A DNA stretch of 64,000 bases from Malacoraja senta. Its lineage: Eukaryota. The notes under the pieces were generated by a model, which ran no database searches, was not told the origin of the DNA, and saw only the letters and a program-made list of their open reading frames with translations. This document shows, piece after piece, positions 36,101 to 48,400 of the stretch. Every line of letters begins with the position of its first letter. Within the stretch, counting starts at the first letter, position 1. Position numbers and translations under genes: made by a program. The DNA lies in the NCBI GenBank assembly GCA_038087875.1, contig CM075988.1, forward strand, positions 15,500,001 through 15,564,000, in the 5' to 3' direction.

Positions 36101-39100
36101 CCCCCTGCTATTTCCGGCAGATTATTTATGTCTTCCTTAGTGAAGACGGAACCAATGTAGTTATTCAATTGGTCCGCCATATCCTTGTTCCCCATGATCA
36201 ATTCACCTGTTTCTGACTGCAAGGGACCTACATTTGTTTTAACTAATCTCTTTCTCTTCACATATCTATAAAAACTTTTGCAGTCAGTTTTTATGTTCCC
36301 TGCCAGTTTCCTTTCATAATCTATTTTCCCTTTCCTAATTAAGCCCTTTGTCCTCCTCTGCTGGTCTCTGAATTTCTCCCAGTCCTCTGGTATGCTGCTT
36401 TTTCTGGCCAATTTGTACGCATCATCTTTTGCTTTGATACTATCCCTGATTTCCCTTGTTATCCACGGATGCACTACCTTCCCTGATTTATTCTTTTGCT
36501 AAACTGGGATGAGCAATTTTTGTAGTTCATCCATGCAGTCTTTAAATGCCTTCCATTGCATATCCACCGTCAACCCTTTTAGAACTAATTGCCAGTCAAT
36601 CTTGGCCAATTCACATCTCATACCCTCAAAGTTACCTTTCTTTAAGTTCAGAACCGTTGTTTCTGAATTAACAATGTCACTCTCCATCCTAATGAAGAAC
36701 TCAACCATATTATGGTCACTCTTGCCCAAGGGGGCACGCACAACAAGACTGCTAACTAACCCTTCCTCATTACTCAATAATGAGGAATAATCTGTGGGTC
36801 AAGTAGACATAGAAGATAGTGATTGTTTACAGTTTTGTAGACGTTGTAAAGTTATAATACATTGAATTAAATTGTTCACAATATGTTACTGTGTCACTAA
36901 AGGTGTTCATGATTTGAATACCACTTACCAAGTCGAATTTCAGCCTTTGCCCTTTGCGAGACAGACGACAGTCAAGAAGCGACCAAAACACAAGCCTGCT
37001 CCCATGGACCTGATAAGCAGCTACCGCAAAGATTACCCTGAACACAACCAACCGAAGATGTTGTCAATAATACCAGCACAGGACAACTTGCAAGTTAACC
37101 GTCATCTGCCGTAAGATTAATGTGATGCACATTAATACCACATTGCTGAGGGGCAGTGTTGCATCTTGTAGAGGAATGTGACAAATATTAGAACTTTGTT
37201 TTCACTTTCTGAATAGTTCTTTAGAAAATTTAACTTGATCTTCTGTAACTCCCTCGCTTAACTATTTCCTGCACCATGTCACTCACCAGAAAGAAGGCAC
37301 TGGGAAATATCAATTTTCAAATATCAAGAAATATCAATTCAGGTTCTTGTCAAATAGTGGAAAACAGATATAGGAAATCTGAAATAAAAAGAGAAAATGC
37401 TGGAAACTTGGCAGCATTGTGAAAAGAAAAACAGAGCTAATGTTTCAGGTTGAGGGCCCTTCATCAGGAATGGGAAAGAGAAACCAAACTTATTTTTGCT
37501 CTCGGCCATTTCTGATGAAATTCAACCTGAAACATTAACTGTTTCTCTCTTCACAGAAGCTGCCTGACTTGCTGAGGTTTTTTTCTTCAGTACTTTGTTT
37601 TAATTTATTGCAAAGTGGTGTTGTGCAACGACAAGGTCAGATACCTTGTTGACACTCACTATTAGAGTCATAGTGTGATACAGTGTGGAAACAGGCCATT
37701 CAGCCCAACTTGCCCACACCGGCCAACATGTCCTAACTATACTAGTCCCACCTGCCTGCGCTTGGTCCATATTCTTCCAAACCTGTCCTATCTATGTATC
37801 TCTTAAACGATGGGATAGTCCCAGCCTCTACCTCCTCTGGCAGCTTGTTCCATATACCCACCACCCTTTGTATGAAAAAATTGCCCCTCAGATTCCTATT
37901 AAATCTTTTCCCCTTCACCTTGAATCTATGTCCTCTAGTCCTCAATTCCCCAACTCTGGGCAAGAGACAGTGATATTCAAACATGTGATAAAGTTCCACT
38001 GGTCTCAAAGCAACTGATTGCATTCTGTTACCAGGGAACGTTTATAGTGAAGAGTGTAAAGAATTGCACGTCATTTGATAGACTGCGTCTACACTTTGAA
38101 ACACTGGCATTAACTTTTTACATGTATTATTCAAATCAGAATATTCAACTTCATCACATTGCAGATTCTTAATTATCTTTTTCATTTAGCAAGAACCAGT
38201 CTTAAAATTCTCTGACCAGATTTCAGTCTCCCTCAATAGTGCTAAATCTCAAGCATAAATAGATGCTGCACAGCTTCCCATTGTCCACCCAGTTTGTCTT
38301 TATGCCATATACAAGATTAATGCAGTCCACATAGATGCTACCATCCAATCCTCACGTGTATAGTGCCCAAGACTCAAATTACAACAAGTACAAAGAGGAA
38401 CACTCGATAATGTTTCTTTCCCATGTTGACAAGAGAATTAAAAGTATTCATAGAACCAGTTAACTGGATCAGCCTCTGCGAATGCAGCTTGAACACAGGT
38501 CCATTTCTTTACCAGATCACCAAAGCAACTCAACGTTTGCTGCATTGATACTTCCAGTTTACAGAGCCATACACATAGTTATCATGGGTCTTTACAGTTG
38601 AGTGAATGCAGCTTAGATAGCTTAGGCCATTGGGGATACATATTTACAAATATTTAATAATTTAAGAAATGTTTTTGGAATAGCTTTGATCAATTAAGCT
38701 TATCATGTAGTATATGATGTAATATTAATGGAAAGGGTTGGAACCAAGGTGAAGGCATCTGGTCCTTGAGATTAATGTAAGGAGTGGATATGGAAAGCGT
38801 GTATTCCTGGAGCTCATTGTGAAGGGTTAGGTGGGAAGCATGTGATTTTATTGATTGATATGTGGTCTGGGTACCGGGTGACACTGAGGACTAATGTGTT
38901 GGGTTGGATCCATGTGATAATTCGGGGAAGTGTGGATTGTGTGATATGCCTTACCAGTTTGCAAACCATCTTTGAACATTTTTCAAAGCTGTAGGTGTCC
39001 TATGAATGGAATTTCTGCTGCACGAAAATAACAATGTCTTATAATCCTTAATTCCGATGCATCTTCCACATCTTGCAGTACGGACTTCAACACAATTCAG

Positions 39101-42100
39101 AAAAATTCATACATTGGCTGGGACCCCACTCAATATCCCCGCCCTGATCTCATTAAATATAAGGATCAGTTGAATGTGGAAGGTGCCATGGAGACCACCA
39201 CAGTGACAAAGGTAATTCCTCTTACTTTATCAGCCCAGTGGGTTGAAGGACGCAAAGCTCTCATTTTAGCAGTGATTTATACTGTCAACCCTGGCATGTA
39301 GCTCCATTTCCCTTCAAACCACACAACCTAATAAGAGTTCAGGTCTTCAAGGAGCTGTAAAATGTTGGAAAATAGGATAAATGTGGGTAGTTCGTGGTGA
39401 AGAACTGTAACCTGCAATACATTAAGAAATGCTCCCTCCATTCACCACTTAACCAATATACTGATCCCCGCAGGCAAACTAGCTTTTCAGATTCAGATTC
39501 AGATTCAGATTCAACTTTATTGTCATTGTGCAGTGTACAGTACAGAGACAACGAAATGCAGTTAGCATCTCCCTAGAAGAGCGACATTAATATGAGCAGT
39601 AAATAAATAAATCTAATAAATCCTGGTGGGAGGAGTGTCCGGGGGGGGGGTGTGATTGGCAGTCACCGAGGTACAGTGTTGAGTAGTGTAACCGCCGCAG
39701 GGAAGAAGCTGTTCCTGGACCTGCTGGTCCGGCAACGGAGAGACCTGTAGCGCCTCCCGGATGGTAGGAGGGTAAACAGTCTGTGGTTGGGGTGAGAGCA
39801 GTCCTTGGCGATGCTGAGCGCCCTTCGCAGACAACGCTTGCTTTGGACAGACTCAATGGTGGGGAGTGAGGAACCGGTGATGCGTTGGGCAGTTTTCACC
39901 ACCCTCTGCAGTGCTTTCCGGTCGGAGACAGAGCAGTTGCCATACCATACTGTGATGCAGTTGGTAAGGATGCTCTCGATGGTGCAGCGGTTTTATTATT
40001 TGACCTGTTGCCCTGGAAAAAAAGAGTAGAGCTACATTTTTGAAGTCATGCCACATCGAAACAGGCCTTCAACCCACTAGGTCCACACCATCATCAAATA
40101 TCCATTTATACAAAGCCTACACTCATTTCATTTATTCTCCCCATAGTTCTATCAGCTCCGTCCATATTCTACCAATTACCTATACATTAGGAGTAATCCA
40201 CAGTGTCCCATGGTGCTGGGCTGCACATCATTGGGATGCTGAAGGAAACCTAAGCATTCAGACAAAAGCCATGCTGTGGAAACTCCACACAGACGGCACC
40301 AGAGGTCAGGAATGAACCTGCGGTGCTGGAGGTACAAAACAGCAGCTCTGCTAGCTGTCACTGTGCTGCCCCCTACAGATTAATGGTGTGATATATAAGA
40401 ATCAATGGCTTTCTATAGTAGTTAGTAATTAAGCAAATAGGTCCTGGACTCCAGCTATATACAGATCAAAACAGCAAGGACAATGACTTACCTCCTCACC
40501 CCCTCTTCCTACCAAAACTCATTACCTATTGCCAGTCTGGTACTTGTTATTTTTTTTAAATTATTCAGAAACAATTATCAACATTTGCCACGTTAAGCCA
40601 GTCACTAATTTAGCTTATGTGCAAACTGTGGACCACCTGCACATTAGGAACCTTGGAGTAAAAATATATTATTTGTTCCATCTCTCCTCCAGCATCTATT
40701 CAATTTGCACAATCATGGATTCCATTTCCCTTTCTACCTCCCCCGTCCCATTTCATTCTAGTGCATACCAATATTATCCCAAATCTGTTTTTATATTCCC
40801 AATAAGTAATTGAATCCCATATGCAATAGTGGGGTGATTGGAGGGAGGCAAGTTACCTCCATTGTGTCTGCTTGACATTTCATTATGTAATTGTTCACTG
40901 CATCCCAATCTTCAATCAGTTATCTAGTCAGTGCATCTTTGACAGTTCATCAGTGGCGAGTAATAATCTGCTTACTCACCCCCATTTTACAGGAGTTAGT
41001 TTTTGCCTGTTAGTTTCATTCTTCTGTACTTTATCTCCTCAGCTTGAGTATAATATGAAACCTTCCATTAAAAAGCAAGAAATTCACCGCCCTACAACGC
41101 AGCAGACTCTTGGTGGCAAATTTGATCCAAAAACATCTTATGCAATATCCTACAAGGATTGGGACCCTAAGACCAGGATACGCTATGGTGACTCTCATGA
41201 CAAAGCCTTCGAGCCGCCATCAGTAAGCAGCCATATAAGTTAGACATAGATTAAAGCTCCTTCTATACTATTCCAACAACCGTCCACAGAGCAGGTATAA
41301 AAGAGGTTAGATACAAGGTAAAGCTCCCCCCGATCAATCGGATTGCTTCCAGATATCTCGCTACAATAATGTTTCCTGTAAAATGCATTCTTCAGCCTTG
41401 AGTGAGTATATATTTTGCTGCGTAGCACCATTTGCACCTGTACTTCCTTCTGAATCCAAAGTATGAGGAGTATGATTGAACACACATTCTGATGCTTTGA
41501 TATTCTCTACTGGTGCTGTAACTTTACCATTGTTGTTTGTATATCAGGGGAGGATTGAAAGTACATCAGTCACTGGACGTGATTTCACCCCGAAAAATGT
41601 CTGCCAGCCACCAAACTATTCACCTTTCCTGCGAAAGAATACTTCTCACCACCAAAATGCCTGCAGGTAACACAACGTTTTCGCATATCTGGAACGCTTC
41701 ACCATAATTCCTGGGATGTCAGGACTTTCATATGAAGAAAGACTGGATAGACTCGGCTTGTACTCGCTAAAATTTAGAAGATTGAGGGGGGATCTTATAG
41801 AAACTTACAAGATTCTTAAGGGGTTGGACAGGCTAGATGCAGGAAGATTGTTCCCGATGTTGGGGAAGTCCAGAACAAGGGGTCACAGTTTAAGAATAAG
41901 GGGGAAATCTTTTAGGACCGAGATGAGAAAATCGTTTTTCACACAGAGTGGTGAATCTCTGGAATTCTCTGCCACAGAAGGTAGTTGAGGCCAGTTCATT
42001 GGCTATATTTAAGAGGGAGTTAGATGTGGCCCTTGTGGCTAAAGGGATCAGGGGGTATGGAGAGAAGGCAGGTACAGGATACCGAGTTGGATGATCAGCC

Positions 42101-44406
42101 ACGATCATATCGAAGGGCCGAATGGCCTACTCCTGCACCTATTTTCTATGTTTCTATCATATGCTTTTGCAACTTCTAATAAACTATCTATTTGTGTAAA
42201 AGCCTCCTTGTGTAGAAACAGCTAAAGCGATATTTTTGAGGGTGTGAGTGATCAGGGTGTGCGTGCCTACGGTACTCTCATCCAACTTGGGAGATTGTAG
42301 TTGAAGTCCAACTCCAAAGTGTTGGGTGTAATAATGCAGACTGCCACTGAAATTCAGAAGTTAGGGCGTACTGTACTAAGCGAGGTACCGTCTTTCAAAT
42401 GAGATAAAACCAATGACCCATTTGCCCTCTCAGTTTCTTATGAAAGGTGTAATTTCAAAGAAAATAGTGTTATCACAAATGACTTACGATACAGAACTTA
42501 GAACAGAACAGCGGGCCCTTTGGCTGACAATGTCTGTCCCGAACATGATGCCAAATTAAACTAATTTCACCTACCCGCCAATGATCCATATCTCTCCATT
42601 TCCTGCATATCTGTATGCTTATCTAAAAGTCTATTAAATGCCATTACCGTATCTGCCTCCACCACCATATTCCAAACACCCATAACTGTGTTAAAATTTA
42701 CCTCATATATACCCTTAGCTGCATCAACTTGATCAATGTTAGATCAAAAAAAATATTATTATTTCACACCTCTATGTAGGACCTTGCTTTATACAAATGG
42801 TTACTGTGACCTCTATAGTAGAACAGTGAATACACTTCAAGAATATTTAAAGTACTTCACAAACTGTAAAGCGTGATGGGATAAACTAAGGCCATGTAAA
42901 AAATGATAATACAAGGATACTTTTCATTAGCTACCATTAGTGGTTAAGGGTAAGTTGTGCCATTATCCTCCCCAGGTGGGCTGTCTTGAGAGCTCCTAGG
43001 TCAAGCAAGTGCGGAGGAGAAAAACACCCCCATTAACTTCTATTTTTGAACACCATTGCAAGTCCGTTCTCTTAAACTGCCTTGAGATCCTTTAGAATGA
43101 TTTGCTCAACATACTCATTCCAGACCGTGCAACTGATTAATTATGAGTAGAAACTAGGAACTGTATGCGCTGGATAACAAAAAAAAAGACCCAGAGTACT
43201 GGAGTAACCCAGCAGGTCAGGCAGCATCCCTGGAGTATATGTATAGGACCCTTCTTCAGACTCAAAAAGGATCCATTTTGGGTTCCCAACCCAAAATGTT
43301 ACCTATCCATGTTCTCCAGGGATTCTGCCTGACCCACTGAGTTACTCCAACAATGTGGGTTGTTTTAGATTAAGGGCTCAGTCAGCTGATCCAGCTGGAC
43401 AATACATCATATGGCACTCACTCTAGATTGGGGAATTGTCCTGGCCACCTATTATTCCACCCAAGAATACATTTTCTTAGTTTTCTGTTCATGGAATGTA
43501 ATAACAACCACTGTTTTTGGCTACAGAACACTGCTACACTTAACAATAGTGAAGGGCCATAAAGTGCACAAGCAAGGAAATTATGTTAAGCATTTAAGAG
43601 TTTAAGAAGGAACTGCAGATGCTGGAAATTCAAAGGTAGACAAAAGTGCTGGAGAAACTAAGCGGGTGCAGCAGCATCTATGGAGCGAAGGAAATAGGCA
43701 ACATTTCGGGCCGAAACCCTTCTTCGCACATATTAAGGTTGGGGTTGGGGGGCAGGGGGGGGGGAGAAGAAAGGAGAAAGGAAGAGGAGGAGCCCGAGGG
43801 CTGAGGGAGAGCTGAGAAGGGGAGGAGGGGAGGAGACAGCAAGGGCTACCGGAAATTGTAGTGAGTTTAAATGCATGGGGAGTCTAAAAAACTATGATTT
43901 TCATTTTTAGATGAAAACATTCTTCTAAAATACATCCTAATTCAAATCCTACACGCTATTCAAATAAGTATTTTCCTAGCTTTTATTTATTTATTGCAAT
44001 GTTTCAAAACAAAGATCTGTAACTAGAGAGAACTCTATTTGTAATTTTATGTACTGAGCTATTGTAATCTGGATTGTACTGACAGAGTGCTGGCTACAGA
44101 TTTTAAATAACTTTCAAAGGAATATATATATATATTTGAAGGGTTATGGAGAAGGTGCAGCAGAGGGAGAGAAATTGAATTGTTTTTTTCCCCAAACGTT
44201 CCAGTACATGTACAATGGGCTGAATGTTCTTTCTCTATGGTCAACAATTATACTTTGTATCTACATCTGTTTTCTTAAAACATCTCCTCTCTCACTTTCC
44301 CAGTTCACCCTTCCCCATGTGCAAGCTGCAAGCCTACCTGATTCACCAGCATCTCAAGAACATGAACATTTCCAACCGACCTGTGCCTGTACCATGCGTA
44401 CAATAA
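24060..44406 (+). CDS. SAXO/FAM154-like stabilizer of axonemal microtubules (Mn-repeat protein), 10 exons, about 458 aa
   Basis: Exons 24060-24139, 26477-26586, 27865-28001, 29579-29762, 31670-31792, 36903-37110, 39079-39211, 41043-41222, 41548-41666 and 44304-44406 join in frame (1377 nt). N-terminal CLCELCDCG as in SAXO1 CICELCSCG; about 8 Mn-like motifs (ETTQRSEF, NTTYQVEF, ISSYRKDY, NTIQKNSY, TTVTKLEY, KTSYAISY, TSVTGRDF, LTNYQSSF). Confidence 0.8.
24178..24374. mobile_element. Penelope-type palindromic short element with 16-bp TSD
   Basis: Near-perfect hairpin; flanking direct repeat caaggttaaataggtt at 24162-24177 and 24375-24390. Confidence 0.8.
26477..26586 (+). CDS. SAXO-like exon 2
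   Basis: QHKYHQNCKKKQ...LLTNYQSSFRRPL; polypyrimidine acceptor, A|GTAAGA donor, phase 2-1. Confidence 0.75.
27865..28001 (+). CDS. SAXO-like exon 3
   Basis: NVLPRSSKRP...AMQSETTQRSEFGPR...GNR; AGG|GTGAGT, phase 1-0. Confidence 0.78.
28634..28926 (+). mobile_element. HE1-type SINE
   Basis: Same consensus as the other copies. Confidence 0.8.
29579..29762 (+). CDS. SAXO-like exon 4
   Basis: EQLHSKSIHAKAL...ERLTAA(G); phase 0-1; an alternative same-phase donor exists after 29660. Confidence 0.6.
30138..30438 (+). mobile_element. HE1-type SINE within a degraded CR1
   Basis: ggcacagtggcgcagtggtagag head; full length. Confidence 0.8.
31670..31792 (+). CDS. SAXO-like exon 5
   Basis: GYQCPPYQ...AKPLPDNLKFE(G); phase 1-1. 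Confidence 0.7.
33037..33690 (+). mobile_element. HE1-type SINE split by HER1
   Basis: Head 33037-33120, tail 33611-33690. Confidence 0.7.
33138..33610 (-). mobile_element. HER1/CR1 3' fragment inserted in an HE1-type SINE
   Basis: LIPGMAGLSYEERL...RGYGEKAGTGY. Confidence 0.9.
34436..36779 (-). mobile_element. HER1/CR1-type LINE, 5'-truncated, nearly intact RT (613-aa ORF 34633-36474)
   Basis: RT motifs YRPVSLTS, YLDFQKAFDKV, GVPQGSVLGP, FTDDTKL; endonuclease tail LGKSDHN; CR1-type 3'UTR with (TGTATCTA)n-like tail. Confidence 0.95.
36903..37110 (+). CDS. SAXO-like exon 6
   Basis: GVHDLNTTYQVEFQP...MDLISSYRKDYPEH...DNLQVNRHLP; phase 1-2. Confidence 0.82.
37665..37968 (-). mobile_element. 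CR1 LINE 3' fragment
   Basis: TRGHRFKVKGKRFNRNLRGNFF. Confidence 0.8.
39079..39211 (+). CDS. SAXO-like exon 7
   Basis: TDFNTIQKNSYIGWD...GAMETTTVTK; phase 2-0. Confidence 0.8.
39487..39990 (-). mobile_element. Rex1/Babar-type LINE 3' fragment with (GAATCT)n tail
   Basis: VKTAQRITG...HPNHRLFTLLPSGRRYRS...RNSFFP. Confidence 0.85.
40074..40372 (-). mobile_element. Diverged HE1-type SINE
   Basis: Reverse-complement similarity to the other copies. Confidence 0.6.
41043..41222 (+). CDS. SAXO-like exon 8
   Basis: LEYNMKP...GKFDPKTSYAISYKDWD...FEPPS; phase 0-0. Confidence 0.8.
41548..41666 (+). CDS. SAXO-like exon 9
   Basis: GRIESTSVTGRDFTPK...HQNAC; donor AG|GTAACA. Confidence 0.75.
41707..42156 (+). 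mobile_element. HER1/CR1 3' fragment
   Basis: MSGLSYEERLDRLGLYS...; typical 3'UTR. Confidence 0.9.
44304..44406 (+). CDS. SAXO-like terminal exon 10 (putative)
   Basis: Strong acceptor ctctcactttcccag; phase 2 gives SPFPMCKLQAYLIHQHLKNMNISNRPVPVPCVQ*; AATAAA near 44784. Confidence 0.55.
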
Positions 44407-45357
44407 GACAGCAACCAGAGCTGCTAAACCATAATCTTGGCACAGCAATACCAAGCAAAAGAGCACTTCATCCCATCGAAGATTATCTACATCATGTATG
44501 AGCCATCTGCCTTGAGGTTCTCATCTCTAGATATTCATCCCTAGCAGCAGTGTGGAAGCAATCTCATTATTCAGGGATGGTGGATACCACATATTCAAGA
44601 TTTTTGCGGGAATGTCTCTTGGACAGATCAGCTATTACATCTCGTGTTTTAATATTGGCTAATCAATGTGCATGTTTTGGGGAATTTTCTTTGTAGACAC
44701 ATATTTGCTTCTTTAAACCATGTGGGTGATCGCAGTGTGGTTATTATAATCATAGAAATCAGTAACCATGATTTTGTTCAAAAAATAAAAAGTTTTGCTC
44801 TTTTAATACACCAAACAATCTTTGTCACTGAACCCTAAATTCACCCAACAATTGAACATCAGTTGTAAGATGTGTATCATTACTGACTTGAACTTGCTGT
44901 GATGATTGTAGAATTAAAAGCAGAGGTTGCTTATATTTAATTCACCGTGGCATCATGTAGGTCAATACTCTCTTGCTTAATACATTTTAATAGCCTGTGT
45001 TAATCTTGTGTGAAAAAATGAGTTTGCTTAATGCAGATCAAAATGCAACTTAAATATTTAAAGCAGAACATTTACCAGCTGGATACAGTTCAGCCTGCAA
45101 ACAAATCAATAAAAATGAAAAGCTCATAAGAAAGACTGCTTGAAAGACCCACAATCACACAATATAAACTTTGTATTCAAAAGGACAAAATATTAACTGA
45201 TTTTAAAAACAACTTTCACTTCTCTCATGTTTCCAAAAATTCAAACGACCTTTTGCAGAGAAATGAATAAATATCTTTCAGTGAAGTCTTTTTTCATGGA
45301 GTGTTAAAGTCCCAGTGTACAAGTCTCCATGTACTGATAGCTATTATGTTTAATGGT

Positions 45358-45451
45358 TTACATATCCTCCACACTCCATTTGTATGCTATCTCTTGCACT
45401 GCTTTCTTTTCAGCTTGTCTGGCATACCGCTTCTTTTCAAACCCATTTGAC
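45358..45451 (-). CDS. BUD13: BUD13 exon 11 (terminal)
   Basis: SNGFEKKRYARQAEKKAVQEIAYKWSVEDM*. Confidence 0.95.
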
Positions 45452-48400
45452 CTGCGAATTAAAAACAAGTGTTTTGAGGTTGAAATGACTTCAAATATAT
45501 TATGTGGCAGCTATCCGTATGGCATATTTTTGTGAAATTCCTTCTCATCCATGCAAACGTGGCTATCAATGGAGAATGGAATGATTTGCATTAAAAAAAT
45601 GTTTGAAATCAAGGTTTGCCTCCAATATACAACAGCCCCATCAAATGCTTTTGGCCAGGTGCAACCTATGATGAGCATTTGTCGGCACTGGACCTGTACT
45701 CGCTGGAGCTTAGAAGAATGAGGGGGGACCTCATTGAAATGTACATAATAGTGAAAGGCTTGAATAGAGTAGATGTGGAGAGGATGTTTCCACTAGTGAG
45801 AGAGTCTAAGACTAGAGGTCATAGCCTCAGAATTAAAGGACGTTCTTTTGGGAAGGAGATAAGGATAAATTTATTGTCAGAGGGTGGTGAATCTTTGGAA
45901 TTATTTACCACAGAAAGCTATGGAGGCAAAGTCAGTTGATATTTTTAAGGCAGAGAAAGATAGATTTTGAGTAGTACAGGTGTCAGAGATTATGGGGAGA
46001 AGAGAGGAGAATGGGGTTAGGAGGGAGAGATAGATCAGCCATGATTGAATGGCGGAGTAGACTTGATGGGCCAAATGGCCTAATTCCGCTCCTATTCCTA
46101 ATGACCTTATGAATATTGATTAGATATAGAGAAGGTTCCTTCTACAATCATCCACAAAACATTGCCTGGGCAGATACAGCAAGTGGTTATTTCAGACATA
46201 ACGTGCCAATGAAACTCTTCATTCAATGTTGCTCAGGTAAAATTCAAAATGGACATCTTAGCATCTTAAAATCACAAATGAATGGTGAAATACTGGCATT
46301 TGTTTTGAACTGGGCTTCCCAAGAACTGAAATAAGACTGTTGGATGATTTCAGTTTCTGATTCACTGCAATCATTCAAAGAATTAAACTTTTTTTTTTAA
46401 AGTTCCTCCACTAAAATCTTGTAAATTATTATCATCTGATCTGTGCTCATGTGATAATTAACCAACTACTGCAACTTGTTTAAGTATCCCATTTGTAGAG
46501 GATTAAATTACTCAAAGTTACTTAACGCCGACACAAGGTTCAGTCCCAATAAAGCGCTCAGGAATGCCCCCTTCAAAAGTGGGATTTAATTTTAAATCTC
46601 TGCTCAAAATCTATAATGAATGAAATAGCTGCCTTTCAAACATTTTACAGTAAAACTTTATTGCTGGTGTAGTAAATGGAGCTGTTGATCAGCTGAGGGT
46701 ACAATAGAGAAATGTTTACACATAGAACACTCCATGGACCTGTTTCTCCTGTCCAAGTGTGGTCTTTCTGCTCAGAGTCTCTTCCCTTTCTCTTTTTATT
46801 TTTCCAATTTTATAAACCAACAACCACTCAACCCTCGAGTCTACCCTGTCACTCAATTTGACCGTGGCAACTTCATTTATGGATCTTTTCTTCATATCCT
46901 ATGCTATTTGTTTACTCCAATAGACCTTTGGTTTTAATATTTATGATTTAACTTAACATTCTTTCAGCAGCAGCCGCTTCTGATTCCATTTACACTGCAA
47001 TTTCTCCTGTTAGCTGATTATCATGAGTGAAGACTGTACATAGTTTAAAAATCTATGATGGATTAAAACTAAACCACAAAAAATTATTAAAATAGAAACT
47101 GAGCATAACCTGTCCACTCCATCCCAGCGGTACCCAGGGTACAGATTGAACCTGTTGGGAGGTGGTACAGCCCCATTGTATCGTGGCTTCTCTAAAAAGG
47201 GAAAGAAAAAAATATTCAGTCTTTATCCATAGTCAGAAACCTCATGCTTTCACAGTGCTATGGATTAAAACTATGTTTTAAATCCCCTCAGTATTAGAAC
47301 CCCATCATTTCATCATTTTGCTTAAAACTCACCATTTTTATTCTTGGCCTCCTTTTCCTTCTTCTTCTTGATTAACCCAGCCATTGGGTCACCATCCCGC
47401 TCTTTCTCACGTAAGAGGCGGTCTAAGTCTTCATCATCGATATGTCGGGCAAGTGGCTTTTGCATCTCACGAACAGCATCCTCTATGTTCTGTCTCTGCT
47501 GCTCTTGCTGAGCCAACCTGAAGCAAGTCATATCAAGAATGAGTAGGACTAGCACAAAGAAGAGAGCAAAAACAAGAGACTGGGGAAAGGAATTGTGGAA
47601 TTCGAGGCACAGTCAGGGGGTAAAGAAGCTATCTAAATATGAAATGTGTCGGGGTGGGGAGAGAGATAGGAAGACTGCTTGAAGGAGGGGGACTGCATAA
47701 CTTTGCAATTGAGGGCAAAGATAGGGTCAGGGTGAGAGGTTGGGGAAGGAAAAAAAAAGATGGCTTGAACTTATGATTGAAAGAAAAATGCACGGGGAAA
47801 TGGTGCAAAGGGATAGGAATTGTGTGATTTAGAGAAAAAGGCAACAAAATAAATTATAACATGTGAATGAAGGATGAAATGTGACAAGAAATTGGAAAGC
47901 AGATTGGTAGTGAAGGGAAAATGGACCACAGCTTATGGTAATTAAGAGATATGTCAACGTATAATCGTAAGGGACTGGAATAGACTAACCAGCTGCTGTG
48001 GAACTACTCAACTTTACTGGAGCCCATCTTACTCATTATGTTGATGTGGATTTATTATGGTTCTGCTGTACTTACCCTTTGCCCCACTGGGCATATTTTT
48101 CAAGTTTTATTGCATTCTCCTCGTTCTTCTTCTTCTGTTCAAGCCGTTCCTGTTCCAAGTCCCTCTTTTTCCCCAATTTATCTCGGAATACAGTAGTGGC
48201 ATTTCTAGCGTCATCTTTAAAATAGAGTTTAAAAATGTCAGCATCATCAGGTGGTCTGAATTGGGAATTTACAAAACACCTCATCTTGATTACCAGCCAC
48301 TCCCCGCACGGGGTTGATGCACAGGTATTTCAGATTATCGATTACAATATAGGCAGGATTATGGACTAGCACATGGCTGGAATGACGCGCAGAAGCATTC

